This document shows positions 54,951-64,000 of a stretch of DNA of 64,000 bases, piece by piece. The notes beneath the pieces were generated by a model. That model searched no databases. It saw nothing but the letters and a program-made list of their open reading frames with translations, and was not told the origin of the DNA. Position numbers and translations under genes: made by a program. Source of the stretch: an uncultured delta proteobacterium (GTDB taxonomy: Bacteria; Myxococcota_A; Polyangia; Fen-1088); the NCBI GenBank assembly GCA_963767925.1, contig CAVYGB010000002.1, forward strand, positions 1,792,001 through 1,856,000, given 5' to 3'. Numbering within the stretch: position 1 is the stretch's first letter; every line of letters begins with the position of its first letter.

Positions 54951-56979
54951 GTGCGACCAGGCAAGGCTGGTCGGAAAGGACTGAATCATGCGGTGATTCA
55001 TGAAATTCCGAATCGTCGTCCAGCGGGTGTGAAACCCGCCCGGCAAGAGCCGAGCCCGGCAGGCCGGTAGCGAGCCTTGCTTCGGGGGCAGCGATGTCAC
55101 CGGATGATGCGTAGGCACGCAAGGACGCGGGCCGCGTGAGTACAGCCTCGAAACTGTTGGTTCCCGAGCGCCCAGGAGCTCGTGTTCTCTGAAGGCAGCA
55201 GCGCCGTCACCGATAAAGGGCCAGGTGACTGCGCGCTCGGCGGGGTCTCGGACCGCGGCACGTATCAAGAGGACGACCCAGCAACCTGGGAGAGCCTCGC
55301 CCTTCCTCGGGCAACTCAGGCCAAACGGGGAGCCTGCCCAAGAATCTCCGACGCGCCGTGGGTCGAGGGTGCACCGACGGCCGGTACAGAAGAAGCGCCC
55401 GACCGAGGTGGGGCCGCGCAGCGAGGGACGACCGGAGCGGCGGCTGAAGAAGGCGAGGCGTCGGAGGGCCCAATAAGAGCGAAGACGTCGGGGAACGGGA
55501 AGGCACCCGGACCCGGCCGAGCAAAGGGGGCCCCGTGTCGAGACGAACTTCAGAGGGGGAACATGAGCGGCGCCAAGACGTCGACGAACCTGTCACCGAA
55601 ACTGATGAAGGTAGCGGAGAGAGCGAAACGGGGAACCCGAAGCCCGGTTGCTCGCGCTGGCATACCTGATGGACGAGGAGCTGATGAAGGAGGCGTTCGG
55701 CCGCATCCGCAAGGATGCGGCGGTGGGCGTCGATGGGGTGACCAAGGAGCAGTACGGAGCGCACCTGGATGACAACATCCGGGGGCTGCACACGCGGATG
55801 AAGGAGGTGCGATATCGCCACCAACCGATTCGGCGGGTGCACATTCCGAAAGCCCCGGGGAAAACGCGGCCGATCGGCATCTCGGCCATCGAGGACAAGA
55901 TCGTGCAGAATGCGCTGACGATGGTGCTGGGGGCCATCTACGAGCAGGACTTCTTGGACTGCTCGTACGGCTTCCGGCCCGGAAGAAGCGCGCACGATGC
56001 GCTGCGGACCCTGAACGCGGCGTGCATGCGAGGCGAAGTGAACGTGGTGCTGGAGGCTGACATAGAGTCCTTCTTCGACAGCATCGACCGCAAAAAGCTG
56101 ATGGAGATGCTCCGGCGGCGGGTGGGCGACGAGTCGTTCATGCGACTCGTTGGCAAGTGCCTCCACGTGGGAGTGCTCGACGGCGAGGATTACACCGAGC
56201 CGGACGTGGGTACGGCACAAGGGTCGGTGCTTTCGCCAATGCTGGGCAACATCTACCTGCACCACGTCCTGGACGTGTGGCTCGACCGGGAGGTCAGGCC
56301 GCGGCTGCGAGGCAAAGCGTGCCTCGTGAGGTACGCGGACGATCTCGTAATCGGATTCGAGCGACCCGAAGAGGCCGAGATGGTGATGGCGATGCTGCGA
56401 CAGCGGATGGCGGAGTACGACCTGCGACTGCATCCAGAGAAGACCCGGCTCGTGCCCTTCAAAAGGCCGTCTTCGCGGCAAGATGGGGGTAAAGGGCCGG
56501 AAAGTTTCGACTTTCTGGGATTCACTCTCCTGTGGAAGAGGACCCGGAAGGGACACTGGGGGCAGAACTTCAAAACCCGAAAGGCGAGGCTCCAGAGGGC
56601 CAAGCAAGCCATCAACGACTTCTGTCGGCGCCACCGACACGAGCCGGTCAAGGAGCAGCACGCCTCGCTCTGCAGGCGCATCAGCGGACATATCAACTAC
56701 TTCGGCGTCAACGGCAACCTGGCCTGCATTTCCCGGCTCGTGAGGGTCGCGGAGAGAATCTGGTACCGGTGGCTGCGACGCCGGAGCAACCGCACGCGCC
56801 TGAACTGGCAGCGCTTCGGGGACCTTCTTCGAGCATTCCCGCTGCCGCGCCCACGGCTGAAAGTTCAGCTCTGGGCAAAGCTGACGTGAGACGTCTCGGC
56901 GGAAGAGCCGGATGGTGGAAATCTCCTTGTCCGGTTCCGGTGGGGGCCCGGGGTGGGTAACTGCCCCGGGCTACCCGAC
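54951..56979 (+). mobile_element. Group II intron, full length (IIB-like, IEP without endonuclease domain)
   Basis: 5' GTGCG at 54951. Domain V GAGCCGGATG..GAAA..TCCGGTTC lies at 56905-56937, followed by a domain VI hairpin with a bulged A and the 3' end CCCGAC. EBS1 CGTGTT (55181-86) is complementary to the exon end AACACG. Confidence 0.9.
55563..56889 (+). CDS. ltrA: Group II intron reverse transcriptase/maturase with a +1 frameshift in a G run at about 55630
   Basis: AVGVDG, IPK..GKTRPIGI..IEDKIVQ, SYGFRPGRS.HDA, ADI.SFFD, QGSVLSP.L.NIYL, YADD, FDFLGF and an X domain; no HNH domain. Confidence 0.9.
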
Positions 56980-57489
56980 AACACGGGCTCGAACACGCCC
57001 ACGAGCACGCGTCCCGGCCTCGATACCTCGTTTCGCCCATCGGCGCAAATTCTCCACAGGTTTCAGCGGCTGGCTCTTAGCAGCCGGACGAGAAGGCGCG
57101 AGGATTGCGAGGTCGGTCTCGTGGCCGAATTCGGTGGGGTGGAGGTCGCGCGCGAAGGTAGCGACGGCGGCGGCGGCGTCTGCGACGGAGACGGGTTGAC
57201 CGCTCTGGAAGAGATCGAGCAGGCAATTGAGTTGCGCAGGCACTTCGGGGTAGGAACCTCGGGTCAGCAGCGGTAGGGCGTGTTCGTCGGACAGGCGCAG
57301 CCGGTCTCTGGGTGTCAACCTGCCGGCGGACTGGGCTGAAAGCACGTCGTCCAGGTGGACGAGCGGGGGACGAGGTTCCGGGCCAGTCCAGGCGTTCTCG
57401 GCTGCGGCGCTGGCGGCATCGAAAATGGTCACGTATTCGCGCGCGACGGCATGGATGTCGCGAGATTCTTCTCGGCGGCGGGAAGCCTG

Positions 57490-58383
57490 ATGACGAGCTT
57501 CAACAGCATCACCGGTCAAGGCGCGAGGGCTCCCGCTGCCGACGTCGGATCCGCCGGCGGGCCACTCCTGGACCCCGAAGAAACCGATGCCAACGGCCCC
57601 CTGGGTCCGGGTACGCCTCAGTCGATTGACTTCATCGAGGATCCCCCGGCGCCGCAGCCATGGGCAGTGCCGTCCACAGGTGGAGAGACCGTGTCAGGTG
57701 GTGGAGGGTCGTACGGTCCGCAACCCGAACCCCAGCCTGTTTCGGTGGCCGCCCCGGCGAAGCCCGACAAGCCTCGCCTTGCGCCACTGATCGTGTCGGG
57801 TCTGGGCAAGGACGTCGACAAGCTCCTGAACCTGAGCCCCACCATGCGCGACCTGTGGGCGAAGGCCAAGGACAAGGGCTATCAGATCGAGTTCCGCAAC
57901 GGATCGAACGAGACCGACTACGAGAAGGGAAAAATATATGTAAATCCGAATTCCTTCGTCGATGGTCACAAGTTGACCACCACGGAGCTCGCGAGCCTAG
58001 CCGCCCATGAAATTGAACATGCAGCCAATGGAGGAGATCGCGTGTTCATGGTTCCAGATCGCGAGGGCTTCGCGAGCAATAACACCCGCAGGGAGATTGA
58101 AGGGGAGGCTGCCGCGGCCCTCACCAACGCGCGCGTCAGGGACGAGATCAAGAGCGCTGGTGGTCCGGACATCGGAATTCGCGGCGGATCGGACAAAGAG
58201 ATCACGGACATCTTCGAACGACGCAAGAGCGGCGAGATCGAGACCGACGAGGAGGCCAGGGCGGCGATGTATCCCGTTTGCGCCAAGGAGCCCCGACTCA
58301 TGAAGGATGGCAGCCGGGGAACTACCGAACAGGTGTTCATGGAGAAGCACCGGGACAACTACGACGAGCTTCAGAAGAAATGA
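57490..58383 (+). CDS. Putative effector/toxin with a C-terminal HExxH metallopeptidase-like domain
   Basis: Low-complexity P/G/S-rich N-terminus; SPT...L......GY.I, LAAHEIEHA, EGEAAA..N..VRDEI..AGGPDIGI. Alternative start at 57451. Confidence 0.6.
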   Translation: MTSFNSITGQGARAPAADVGSAGGPLLDPEETDANGPLGPGTPQSIDFIEDPPAPQPWAVPSTGGETVSGGGGSYGPQPEPQPVSVAAPAKPDKPRLAPLIVSGLGKDVDKLLNLSPTMRDLWAKAKDKGYQIEFRNGSNETDYEKGKIYVNPNSFVDGHKLTTTELASLAAHEIEHAANGGDRVFMVPDREGFASNNTRREIEGEAAAALTNARVRDEIKSAGGPDIGIRGGSDKEITDIFERRKSGEIETDEEARAAMYPVCAKEPRLMKDGSRGTTEQVFMEKHRDNYDELQKK

Positions 58384-59114
58384 CTTGGTCCACGCCATCG
58401 CAGTGGTCGGCTCTGCGAGGGCGCAGCCCGAAGGGGTTGTGGTTCGTCCTCTGTTGCTTCGCCGGCTTGGTCATCACAGCCGCGTGCGCGGCCAAGGACT
58501 CAAACGCCGCGCCTGCCGCGGGGCCCGATGCCGCAATCGGCAAATTGGCGCGACAGATTCTCGAGGTCTCGCGTCTGTCGCCATTGAACCTCCGGAAAGC
58601 AGCCACATTGCTGGGTTCCAGTCTGGGGCCAGAACGTCGGGTGACAGAATACCGCATCGAATGGATCCTTGCGCCGACGGACGGGATCTCCAAGGGGACC
58701 GGAGTCCACGCCGGAAAAGACTCCCCATGGACAGCCATGTGGTTTTCCCCGCGGCCCTCGCTAGATGTGGCGTTTCAGGACCTGGCGCCCGCGTTGCTCG
58801 ATTTTCCGTTCGCCCTGACGGACGTCTGGGTCCACGGCCAAGAAGACAGCCTCGCGAAAGATCTGGACCGGTTCCAGTACAAATTCGCCGTGCCCGCCGG
58901 TGAGTTGACGATCGAGGTACCGGTGCGCCTTCCTAAAGATACAGCGAAGCGCGAGACCCGGGCCGCAAAGGACGCGTTCGAGGCGGCGAAGGGGAGAAGC
59001 GACGTGAGGGGTCAGGTGACTGAGATCTTATTCAGCACCAAGCTCAGCCGGGAGTGGGGCAATGAACCCACTTTGCGGGAATTCCGAAAGCGCTCCGAGC
59101 GTCGGTCGAAGTAG
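58380..59114 (+). CDS. Hypothetical lipoprotein, candidate immunity protein
   Basis: ATGA overlap with the upstream stop codon; hydrophobic leader ending in TAAC. Confidence 0.6.
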   Translation: MTWSTPSQWSALRGRSPKGLWFVLCCFAGLVITAACAAKDSNAAPAAGPDAAIGKLARQILEVSRLSPLNLRKAATLLGSSLGPERRVTEYRIEWILAPTDGISKGTGVHAGKDSPWTAMWFSPRPSLDVAFQDLAPALLDFPFALTDVWVHGQEDSLAKDLDRFQYKFAVPAGELTIEVPVRLPKDTAKRETRAAKDAFEAAKGRSDVRGQVTEILFSTKLSREWGNEPTLREFRKRSERRSK

Positions 59115-59177
59115 TCGTCCCGGATCTCAAAAGTATCCTGGTGTCCACACTCGCGACTGAGGATGTGTGTCTCTAGA

Positions 59178-59432
59178 CTGGTCCCCTGTCCCTGAAAAAC
59201 GCGTAATAAATCGCGCCGAGGGCCGTTCTCCTCTACGAAGGGGAAGAACGACATGCGGACAGGTCGGCCTAAAGCACCTCTCGTGTTCCTGGACGCCAGC
59301 AACGACAACCCCAAGCCATTCGTCTGGACCAAGACCGCGGCCGAAATACTGGCCAGCATCGCCCGGTTCGCACAAAGGACCGCAGAACTCCAGGCTCAAC
59401 TTATGTCACGAACCACTGGGACAGGAGACCAG
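59178..59432 (+). mobile_element. Miniature IS630-family element (255 bp) with an internally deleted transposase
   Basis: IRs CTGGTCCCCTGTCCC and GGGACAGGAGACCAG (14/15), followed by TAG. The ORF fuses MRTGRPKAPL to the IS630 C-terminus N.NPKPFVWTKTA.EILASI. Confidence 0.8.
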
Positions 59433-59478
59433 TAGCCGGGGCCCGTAGCGAGGGGCCCCGGCTGCTTTTGCGACGTCT

Positions 59479-60603
59479 CTAGCGGGTGGCGGGGGGCTGG
59501 CAGTCTTGCTTGACCACCTTGCCGGCCTCGTCGACGCAGATGGTGCAGGTGCTGGTCGCGTTCATGAAGGTGTTGCAGGTGATGGCGGGGCCGGACATGC
59601 CCGGGGGGACCATGGGGTTGGGGGCGGGCGGGGTGGATGCCTCGCAGCTCTGGCGGACGACAACGCCCTGCCCGTCGACGCAGGTGATGCAGCGGACGCC
59701 GTTTTCCAGGTGGTCCTTGCAGGTGACCATCGAGGGGTTGGTCGGCGGGGGGGCTGGCCGCCAGCAGCCGCTCTTGACGACGTTGCCACGGGCGTCGGTG
59801 CAGTGGGTGCAGGTCAGGCCGTCGGCGTAGCTGCGCTGCTCGCAGGTGACGGCATCCGGCGGGGTCATCGGGTTCGGCTGGCAGGCGCGGCGGATCTCCT
59901 GGCCGCTGGCATCGAGGCAGACCGTGCACTTGAGGCCGTTGATCTCCGTGTCGCGGCAGACCGGTCCGGGCGGCGGCGGGGGGACCGGCTCGGGGGGGCG
60001 GCAGCCGCTCGGCGGGACGTGACAGCCGCGCCGGATGACGCCGCCGTTGCCGTCCTTGCACAGGACGCAGATGCTCCCGTCGGGCTCGCGGTACTCCGCG
60101 CAGGAGCTGCCGGCGGGATCGCTCCCCCGGTCGATGCACTCGTTGCTCACGGTGCGGCCGGAGGCATCGACGCAGGTCACGCACACCAGCGGGCCCTCGA
60201 CCCGCATCGTGCAGGCCGCGCCGGGTGGGGGGATGGTGCCGCCGGCGGCGCCTCCGGTCCCCGGCTGGCCGGGGTGGCCACCCGCGCCGGGTCCCATGTG
60301 GCCGGGGCGGCCGCCGGTGGCGCCGTGGCCGGGGCGGCCCGCGGTGCCGGGAGGGGCCTGGCCGGCGCGGCCGCCGGGGCCAGGCGGGACCTGGCCGCCG
60401 CTCATCCCCGGGTCGGGCACCGGCATCGGATCTTGCCCGCTGGCTCCACCGAACGGGCCGTTGCCCCGGCCCTCGCTCAGGGCCGAGGTCAGCTCGGCGG
60501 TCTCGCTACACCCCAGCGCCAGGCCGGCCGCCAGCACCAGCCAGGTTCGCGGGCCGATCAACGCGATCGACGGTCCGGGTCTTCGGTACGACGTTACGAG
60601 CAT
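59479..60603 (-). CDS. Cys-rich repeat lipoprotein (six 4-Cys repeats)
   Basis: Lipobox ALGC, Gly/Pro linker, six C-x9/10-CxxC-x-D-xx-G-x6-C units; AAGGAG RBS. Confidence 0.75.
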   Translation of the reverse strand: MLVTSYRRPGPSIALIGPRTWLVLAAGLALGCSETAELTSALSEGRGNGPFGGASGQDPMPVPDPGMSGGQVPPGPGGRAGQAPPGTAGRPGHGATGGRPGHMGPGAGGHPGQPGTGGAAGGTIPPPGAACTMRVEGPLVCVTCVDASGRTVSNECIDRGSDPAGSSCAEYREPDGSICVLCKDGNGGVIRRGCHVPPSGCRPPEPVPPPPPGPVCRDTEINGLKCTVCLDASGQEIRRACQPNPMTPPDAVTCEQRSYADGLTCTHCTDARGNVVKSGCWRPAPPPTNPSMVTCKDHLENGVRCITCVDGQGVVVRQSCEASTPPAPNPMVPPGMSGPAITCNTFMNATSTCTICVDEAGKVVKQDCQPPATR

Positions 60604-60705
60604 GGAGTCTCCTTTTGCTGTGCGCCCCTGAAAACAACCGAAGGGACGCAGGGGGGTGAGTCTCCCGGCGCCTCGGCAACTTGAAAAAAAACCGCGCGGG
60701 CGCCT

Positions 60706-61230
60706 TCATGGCCCGCTCCCCGTGTTCTGCGGCGGCGGATACACGAAGGTCTCGCGCCGGACCCTGTCGCAGCCGTCGTCGCTGGCGACGCCGCCTGCGT
60801 CGAAGCACTGCAGGCAGCGCAGGCTCGGATCGTCGCTCCAGGCGCAGACGCGGCACTGGCCACCGGCGCTGCTGGTCACCGGCAGCGCGCACTCGAGGCA
60901 GGTCATCCGCGACTGGCCGCTCATCGGGTCGGCGCACAGCGCGCAGCGGTCGCTCCCCACCACCGTCACCAGGCAGGTGCCGGCCGGGACCGGCGGCACG
61001 CTGGCCGCGTCGGGCGACGCCGCGCAGACCAGGCTCGTGATCGCGCCAGTGTCGCCGAAGCAGATGCGGCAGAGGGCGCGGTCGTCGCGCACGAACTCGC
61101 TGCAGACCGGCGCCGGGCCGCCGGCATCGGGCGTGCGCACCAGCTCCACCACGCGGGTATCGCAGCCAGCGGCCGCCAGCACGAGCGCCGCGCCCGCGAG
61201 GCGAAGCGCCCGCCCGAGCCGGACGGTCAT
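60706..61230 (-). CDS. Cys-rich lipoprotein with related CxxC repeats
   Basis: Lipobox AAGC; units CRICFGDTG...C, CALCADP..G...C and CLQCFDAGG...C. Confidence 0.7.
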   Translation of the reverse strand: MTVRLGRALRLAGAALVLAAAGCDTRVVELVRTPDAGGPAPVCSEFVRDDRALCRICFGDTGAITSLVCAASPDAASVPPVPAGTCLVTVVGSDRCALCADPMSGQSRMTCLECALPVTSSAGGQCRVCAWSDDPSLRCLQCFDAGGVASDDGCDRVRRETFVYPPPQNTGSGP

Positions 61231-61289
61231 GGCCGCCAGGCCTCGCGGTGGCGCGCCCCGGTGGGCAAGCGCCTGTCTTGGCGGGACGG

Positions 61290-63701
61290 TCAAGGCCGGC
61301 AAGCCTCGCGACGGCGGCGCGCCTCGGTGGCCAGGGGGCCGGTCGGGTGATGGGCGAGGTACGCCTCGAGCAGCGCGCGGCCTTCGCTGCTGCAGTCGGT
61401 CTCCCGGGAGGACAGCCGCAGCAAGGCCCCCAGCGCCTCGGCGTCTTGCACCGAGCCGGGATGCCGGGCGCGGAAGCGGGTGTAACAGCCACGCGCCGCT
61501 GGCAGCGCGCCGGCGCGCAGCTCGATCTCGCAGGCCAGGAACGCGGCGGGCTCCGCCAGATCGGGCGCGTCCTGAGCACGCACACGATCGAGGCGGGTGC
61601 GCGCCTCGTCGAGATCGCCGGCCCGCAACGCGAGCTGTGCCAGCTCGTAGCTCGCCACCGCGCCCAGCGCCCCCGTCCCCGGCAGGACCGCCAGCTCGAG
61701 CAACCGCCGGCGCGCCTCCGCCGCGTCCCCTCGCGCCATCGCCTCCTCCGCCCGCCGATACAGGTCAGCCGCCCCCCGAGGCGGTGCTGCCCCAGGGCCA
61801 GCCCCGGGCGCGCCGGCCGGTGAAGGCGCCACCGCCGCGTCGGGAGGCGCCCCCGCCGCCGGGGTCGGTCTGTCGCCCGCCGCCCAATCCGTACCTCCAG
61901 TCGCGCGAACGCCCGGGAGCGACAGCGCCACGGCGGGACGAGATGCCGGAGCGGCGGCGCGATCGCGCGACGTCGCGGTGGACCGACGCAGGGTAGGGGT
62001 TGCGCCGGCCTGGCGATCGGATGCGGGCACGGACGCTCGCCTGGTTGCCCGTGCACCCGGAGGCCCGGTGATCGCGCCGGTCCCGACCGCTCGGAGCAGG
62101 CCGGCGCCGTGTTCGGCGAACAAGCGGACGACGGATCGGGGCAAGCCAGAGAACCGACCGCGGCCGGCGATCCGCGCGGGCGTTGGTTGGGTGGCAAGGC
62201 CGGGGTGAGCGCCGGGGGGGCCGTGTGCGTCCGGAGGTGGGGTGGACCAGATCTGGCCGGCGGAGACGAGCTGATCGTGGTCGTCGCGATCGCGGACCAG
62301 GACGCGGCCCTCGGAGACCGCCACCCGGCTCCCGCTGGCCTGCGCCTCGACGTAGAAGGTCGTGCCGACCACGTCGGTGCGGGTGCCGGGCGAACGGATG
62401 CGCAGCCGCCCGCCGGCGCCGTGCCGGTAGTGACCGACGAGGGTGCCGCGGGTGAGGATCACCTCGAGCAGCTCCGGGCTCGAGGCGATCACCTCCAGCT
62501 CGGCCGGCCCGACGAGCAACAGGTGCGTGCGGTCGCCCAGCCGCGCCCGCTCACGCGTCCCCGCCGCCAGCACCAGTCGCCGGACCGCCGCCCCCTCGAC
62601 CCCGTCGCCCGCGCGGCGCAACCCCGGTCCTGGACCGGGCCGCGCGCCCGCCCTCTTGCCCGAGGCGGCCCCGGCGGCCCTGGGCTCCAGCCGGATGAGC
62701 GCCAGCGCCTCGCGTGGGCCGGCCCCGGGATCGGCGCCCACGGCCTCCGCGCCGGAGCGCTCGCCCGGTCGGAGGGCGATCCCCGACCGCGGCGGCACCG
62801 GGAGGCCGCTCCGCTCGCCCGCCGTCGCAGGATCCGCACCCTTCGAGCCAGGCTCGGTCGCGGCAGCGGGGTCCGCCGGCCCCGATGCGGGGCCAGCCGT
62901 CGTCGCAGCGGGATTCGCGGCCCCCGGTGCGAGGCCAGCCATCGGCGCGGCGGGATCCGCCGCCCGGGCTCCAGTAGCGCTCGTGGCAGTGGAGGAATTC
63001 GTCGTCCTCGACTTGAGGTTTCCTGCCGCTCTCGAAAAATCCGTAGCCGCGTTTCCTCCACGCTCGCCCTCGCTCGCCGAGCCGGCGGGCGGAGGGGCCT
63101 TCAACAGGAAGGCGAGGGCCAGCACGGCCGCCGCGGCCGAGGCGCTGCCCGCGGCGAGCCACCCGGCCAGGGCCAGCCGGCGGGGCCGGGCGGCCGGAGC
63201 TCGGGTGGTCGACCATCTTCCTGGCCGCCCACCAGGGGCGCCGCCGGTGCGGGTGCCGGGCTCCCGACCGGGTCCCGTGGCCCCAATGCGGTCGCCGGTT
63301 TCCCGGGCGGGTCTCGTGGCGCCGCTGGCGTGGGCGGACCTCGAGGTGCCACCGGTGCGGGAGGGTTCGTGGGCGGGGCCCGTGGCGCCGCCGGCGTGGG
63401 CGGGGCCGCGGGCGGGGCGGGGCGCGCCGGGGGGGCGGGTGGCGGCGAGATCGTCGAGGGCGGGGGTGAGGCGATCGAGGATGCGGGCGCGCGTGAGGTC
63501 GTCGAGCGGAGCGGGGTCGGTGCGGACGGCCGCGCGGAGGGCGTCGAGGCGGGCGTGTTCGGCCTGGCAGGCGGCGCAGCGGGCCACGTGGCGGGCCACG
63601 CGCGCGGCCATGCCCACGTCGGCGGCTCCCAGCAGCGCCACCTCCCGCGCCTCCGCGCAGGCGGCGTGGTCGTCGCCCCGCTTGCCCCGGCCCCAGCCCA
63701 T
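61290..63701 (-). CDS. Anti-sigma factor-like protein: zf-HC2-type motif, TM segment, FecR domain, C-terminal TPR
   Basis: HVARCAAC, a TM segment, FecR motif I.SP..R..VVGT.F.VE.....RVAVSEG.V.V, and TPR-like helices. It is coupled (TGATG) to the sigma gene. Confidence 0.8.
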   Translation of the reverse strand: MGWGRGKRGDDHAACAEAREVALLGAADVGMAARVARHVARCAACQAEHARLDALRAAVRTDPAPLDDLTRARILDRLTPALDDLAATRPPGAPRPARGPAHAGGATGPAHEPSRTGGTSRSAHASGATRPARETGDRIGATGPGREPGTRTGGAPGGRPGRWSTTRAPAARPRRLALAGWLAAGSASAAAAVLALAFLLKAPPPAGSASEGERGGNAATDFSRAAGNLKSRTTNSSTATSATGARAADPAAPMAGLAPGAANPAATTAGPASGPADPAAATEPGSKGADPATAGERSGLPVPPRSGIALRPGERSGAEAVGADPGAGPREALALIRLEPRAAGAASGKRAGARPGPGPGLRRAGDGVEGAAVRRLVLAAGTRERARLGDRTHLLLVGPAELEVIASSPELLEVILTRGTLVGHYRHGAGGRLRIRSPGTRTDVVGTTFYVEAQASGSRVAVSEGRVLVRDRDDHDQLVSAGQIWSTPPPDAHGPPGAHPGLATQPTPARIAGRGRFSGLPRSVVRLFAEHGAGLLRAVGTGAITGPPGARATRRASVPASDRQAGATPTLRRSTATSRDRAAAPASRPAVALSLPGVRATGGTDWAAGDRPTPAAGAPPDAAVAPSPAGAPGAGPGAAPPRGAADLYRRAEEAMARGDAAEARRRLLELAVLPGTGALGAVASYELAQLALRAGDLDEARTRLDRVRAQDAPDLAEPAAFLACEIELRAGALPAARGCYTRFRARHPGSVQDAEALGALLRLSSRETDCSSEGRALLEAYLAHHPTGPLATEARRRREACRP

Positions 63702-64000
63702 CACGTCTCCCCCTTGCCGCTCCGGCGCGCGCTGAGCGCCTCGATCTCCGCCTGGGCGTGGCGGACCCGCTGGGCCACCGCCGCCGGAGTCGCGTCCACG
63801 AGCGCCCCGATCTCCTCGAGCGAGAGCCCCTCCACCACCCGCAGCACGAAGGCGATCCGCTTCTTCGGCTTGATCCGGTCGAGCAGCGCCGAGGTGGCAG
63901 CCAGCCGCTCGCGCTGGGCCGCGTGCGCCTCGGGCGAGGCGCCTTGATCGCACAGGCCCGCCAGCAGCTCGGGATCCGCCGCCGCCGGGCGCTTGCCCCG
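63701..64000 (-). CDS. ECF sigma factor, region 4 (partial; continues past the window end)
   Basis: LLDRIKPKKRIAFVLRVVEGLSLEEIG.LV.....AV..RV.HA, stop at 63701-63703. Confidence 0.8.
   Translation of the reverse strand, partial: RGKRPAAADPELLAGLCDQGASPEAHAAQRERLAATSALLDRIKPKKRIAFVLRVVEGLSLEEIGALVDATPAAVAQRVRHAQAEIEALSARRSGKGET

Noticed and set aside
54538..56979. Diversity-generating retroelement or retron (RT next to an Avd-like gene)
   Set aside because: The RT has a maturase X domain and lies within canonical group II intron ends with DV/DVI. No TR/VR pair differing at adenines was seen.
56971..57519. 182-aa minus-strand ORF after the intron
   Set aside because: No recognisable motif; it overlaps the intron end and the start of the toxin-like gene. 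It could be a fragment but is unsupported.
59479..61230. Multiheme cytochromes
   Set aside because: The CxxC motifs are not followed by His.

Overview
Very GC-rich bacterial DNA, probably Myxococcota. This is inferred from a MYXO-CTERM tail, two AgmX/PglI-type proteins, a TraB-like OmpA protein, a myxobacterial sigma-factor fragment, an Oar-like receptor and a Hanks kinase. About 40 mostly intact genes are present: TonB receptors, a His kinase, an adenylate cyclase, an ECF41/CMD module, a desaturase, an M20 peptidase, UxuA, an RluA-family enzyme and an ECF/anti-sigma/Cys-rich lipoprotein cluster. They are interleaved with sharply cut gene fragments and a rich mobile/repeat layer. (1) A full-length group II intron (54951-56979) whose EBS1 matches a hexamer repeat and which sits inside a palindromic hexamer element downstream of a four-helix-bundle gene. 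(2) An IS1380 derivative carrying a second four-helix-bundle gene between inverted (GGGAAC)5 arms. (3) A full-length RAYT-like protein that has lost its HUH His and catalytic Tyr, next to a dispersed REP-like family. (4) A tandem MITE doublet, a 255-bp mini-IS630, an IS5 remnant and several minisatellites. (5) A candidate metallopeptidase toxin/immunity pair. Several single-base frameshifts in G/C runs suggest sequencing indels. No rRNA, tRNA or CRISPR array was recognised. All family assignments come from motif recognition by eye; no database searches were run.
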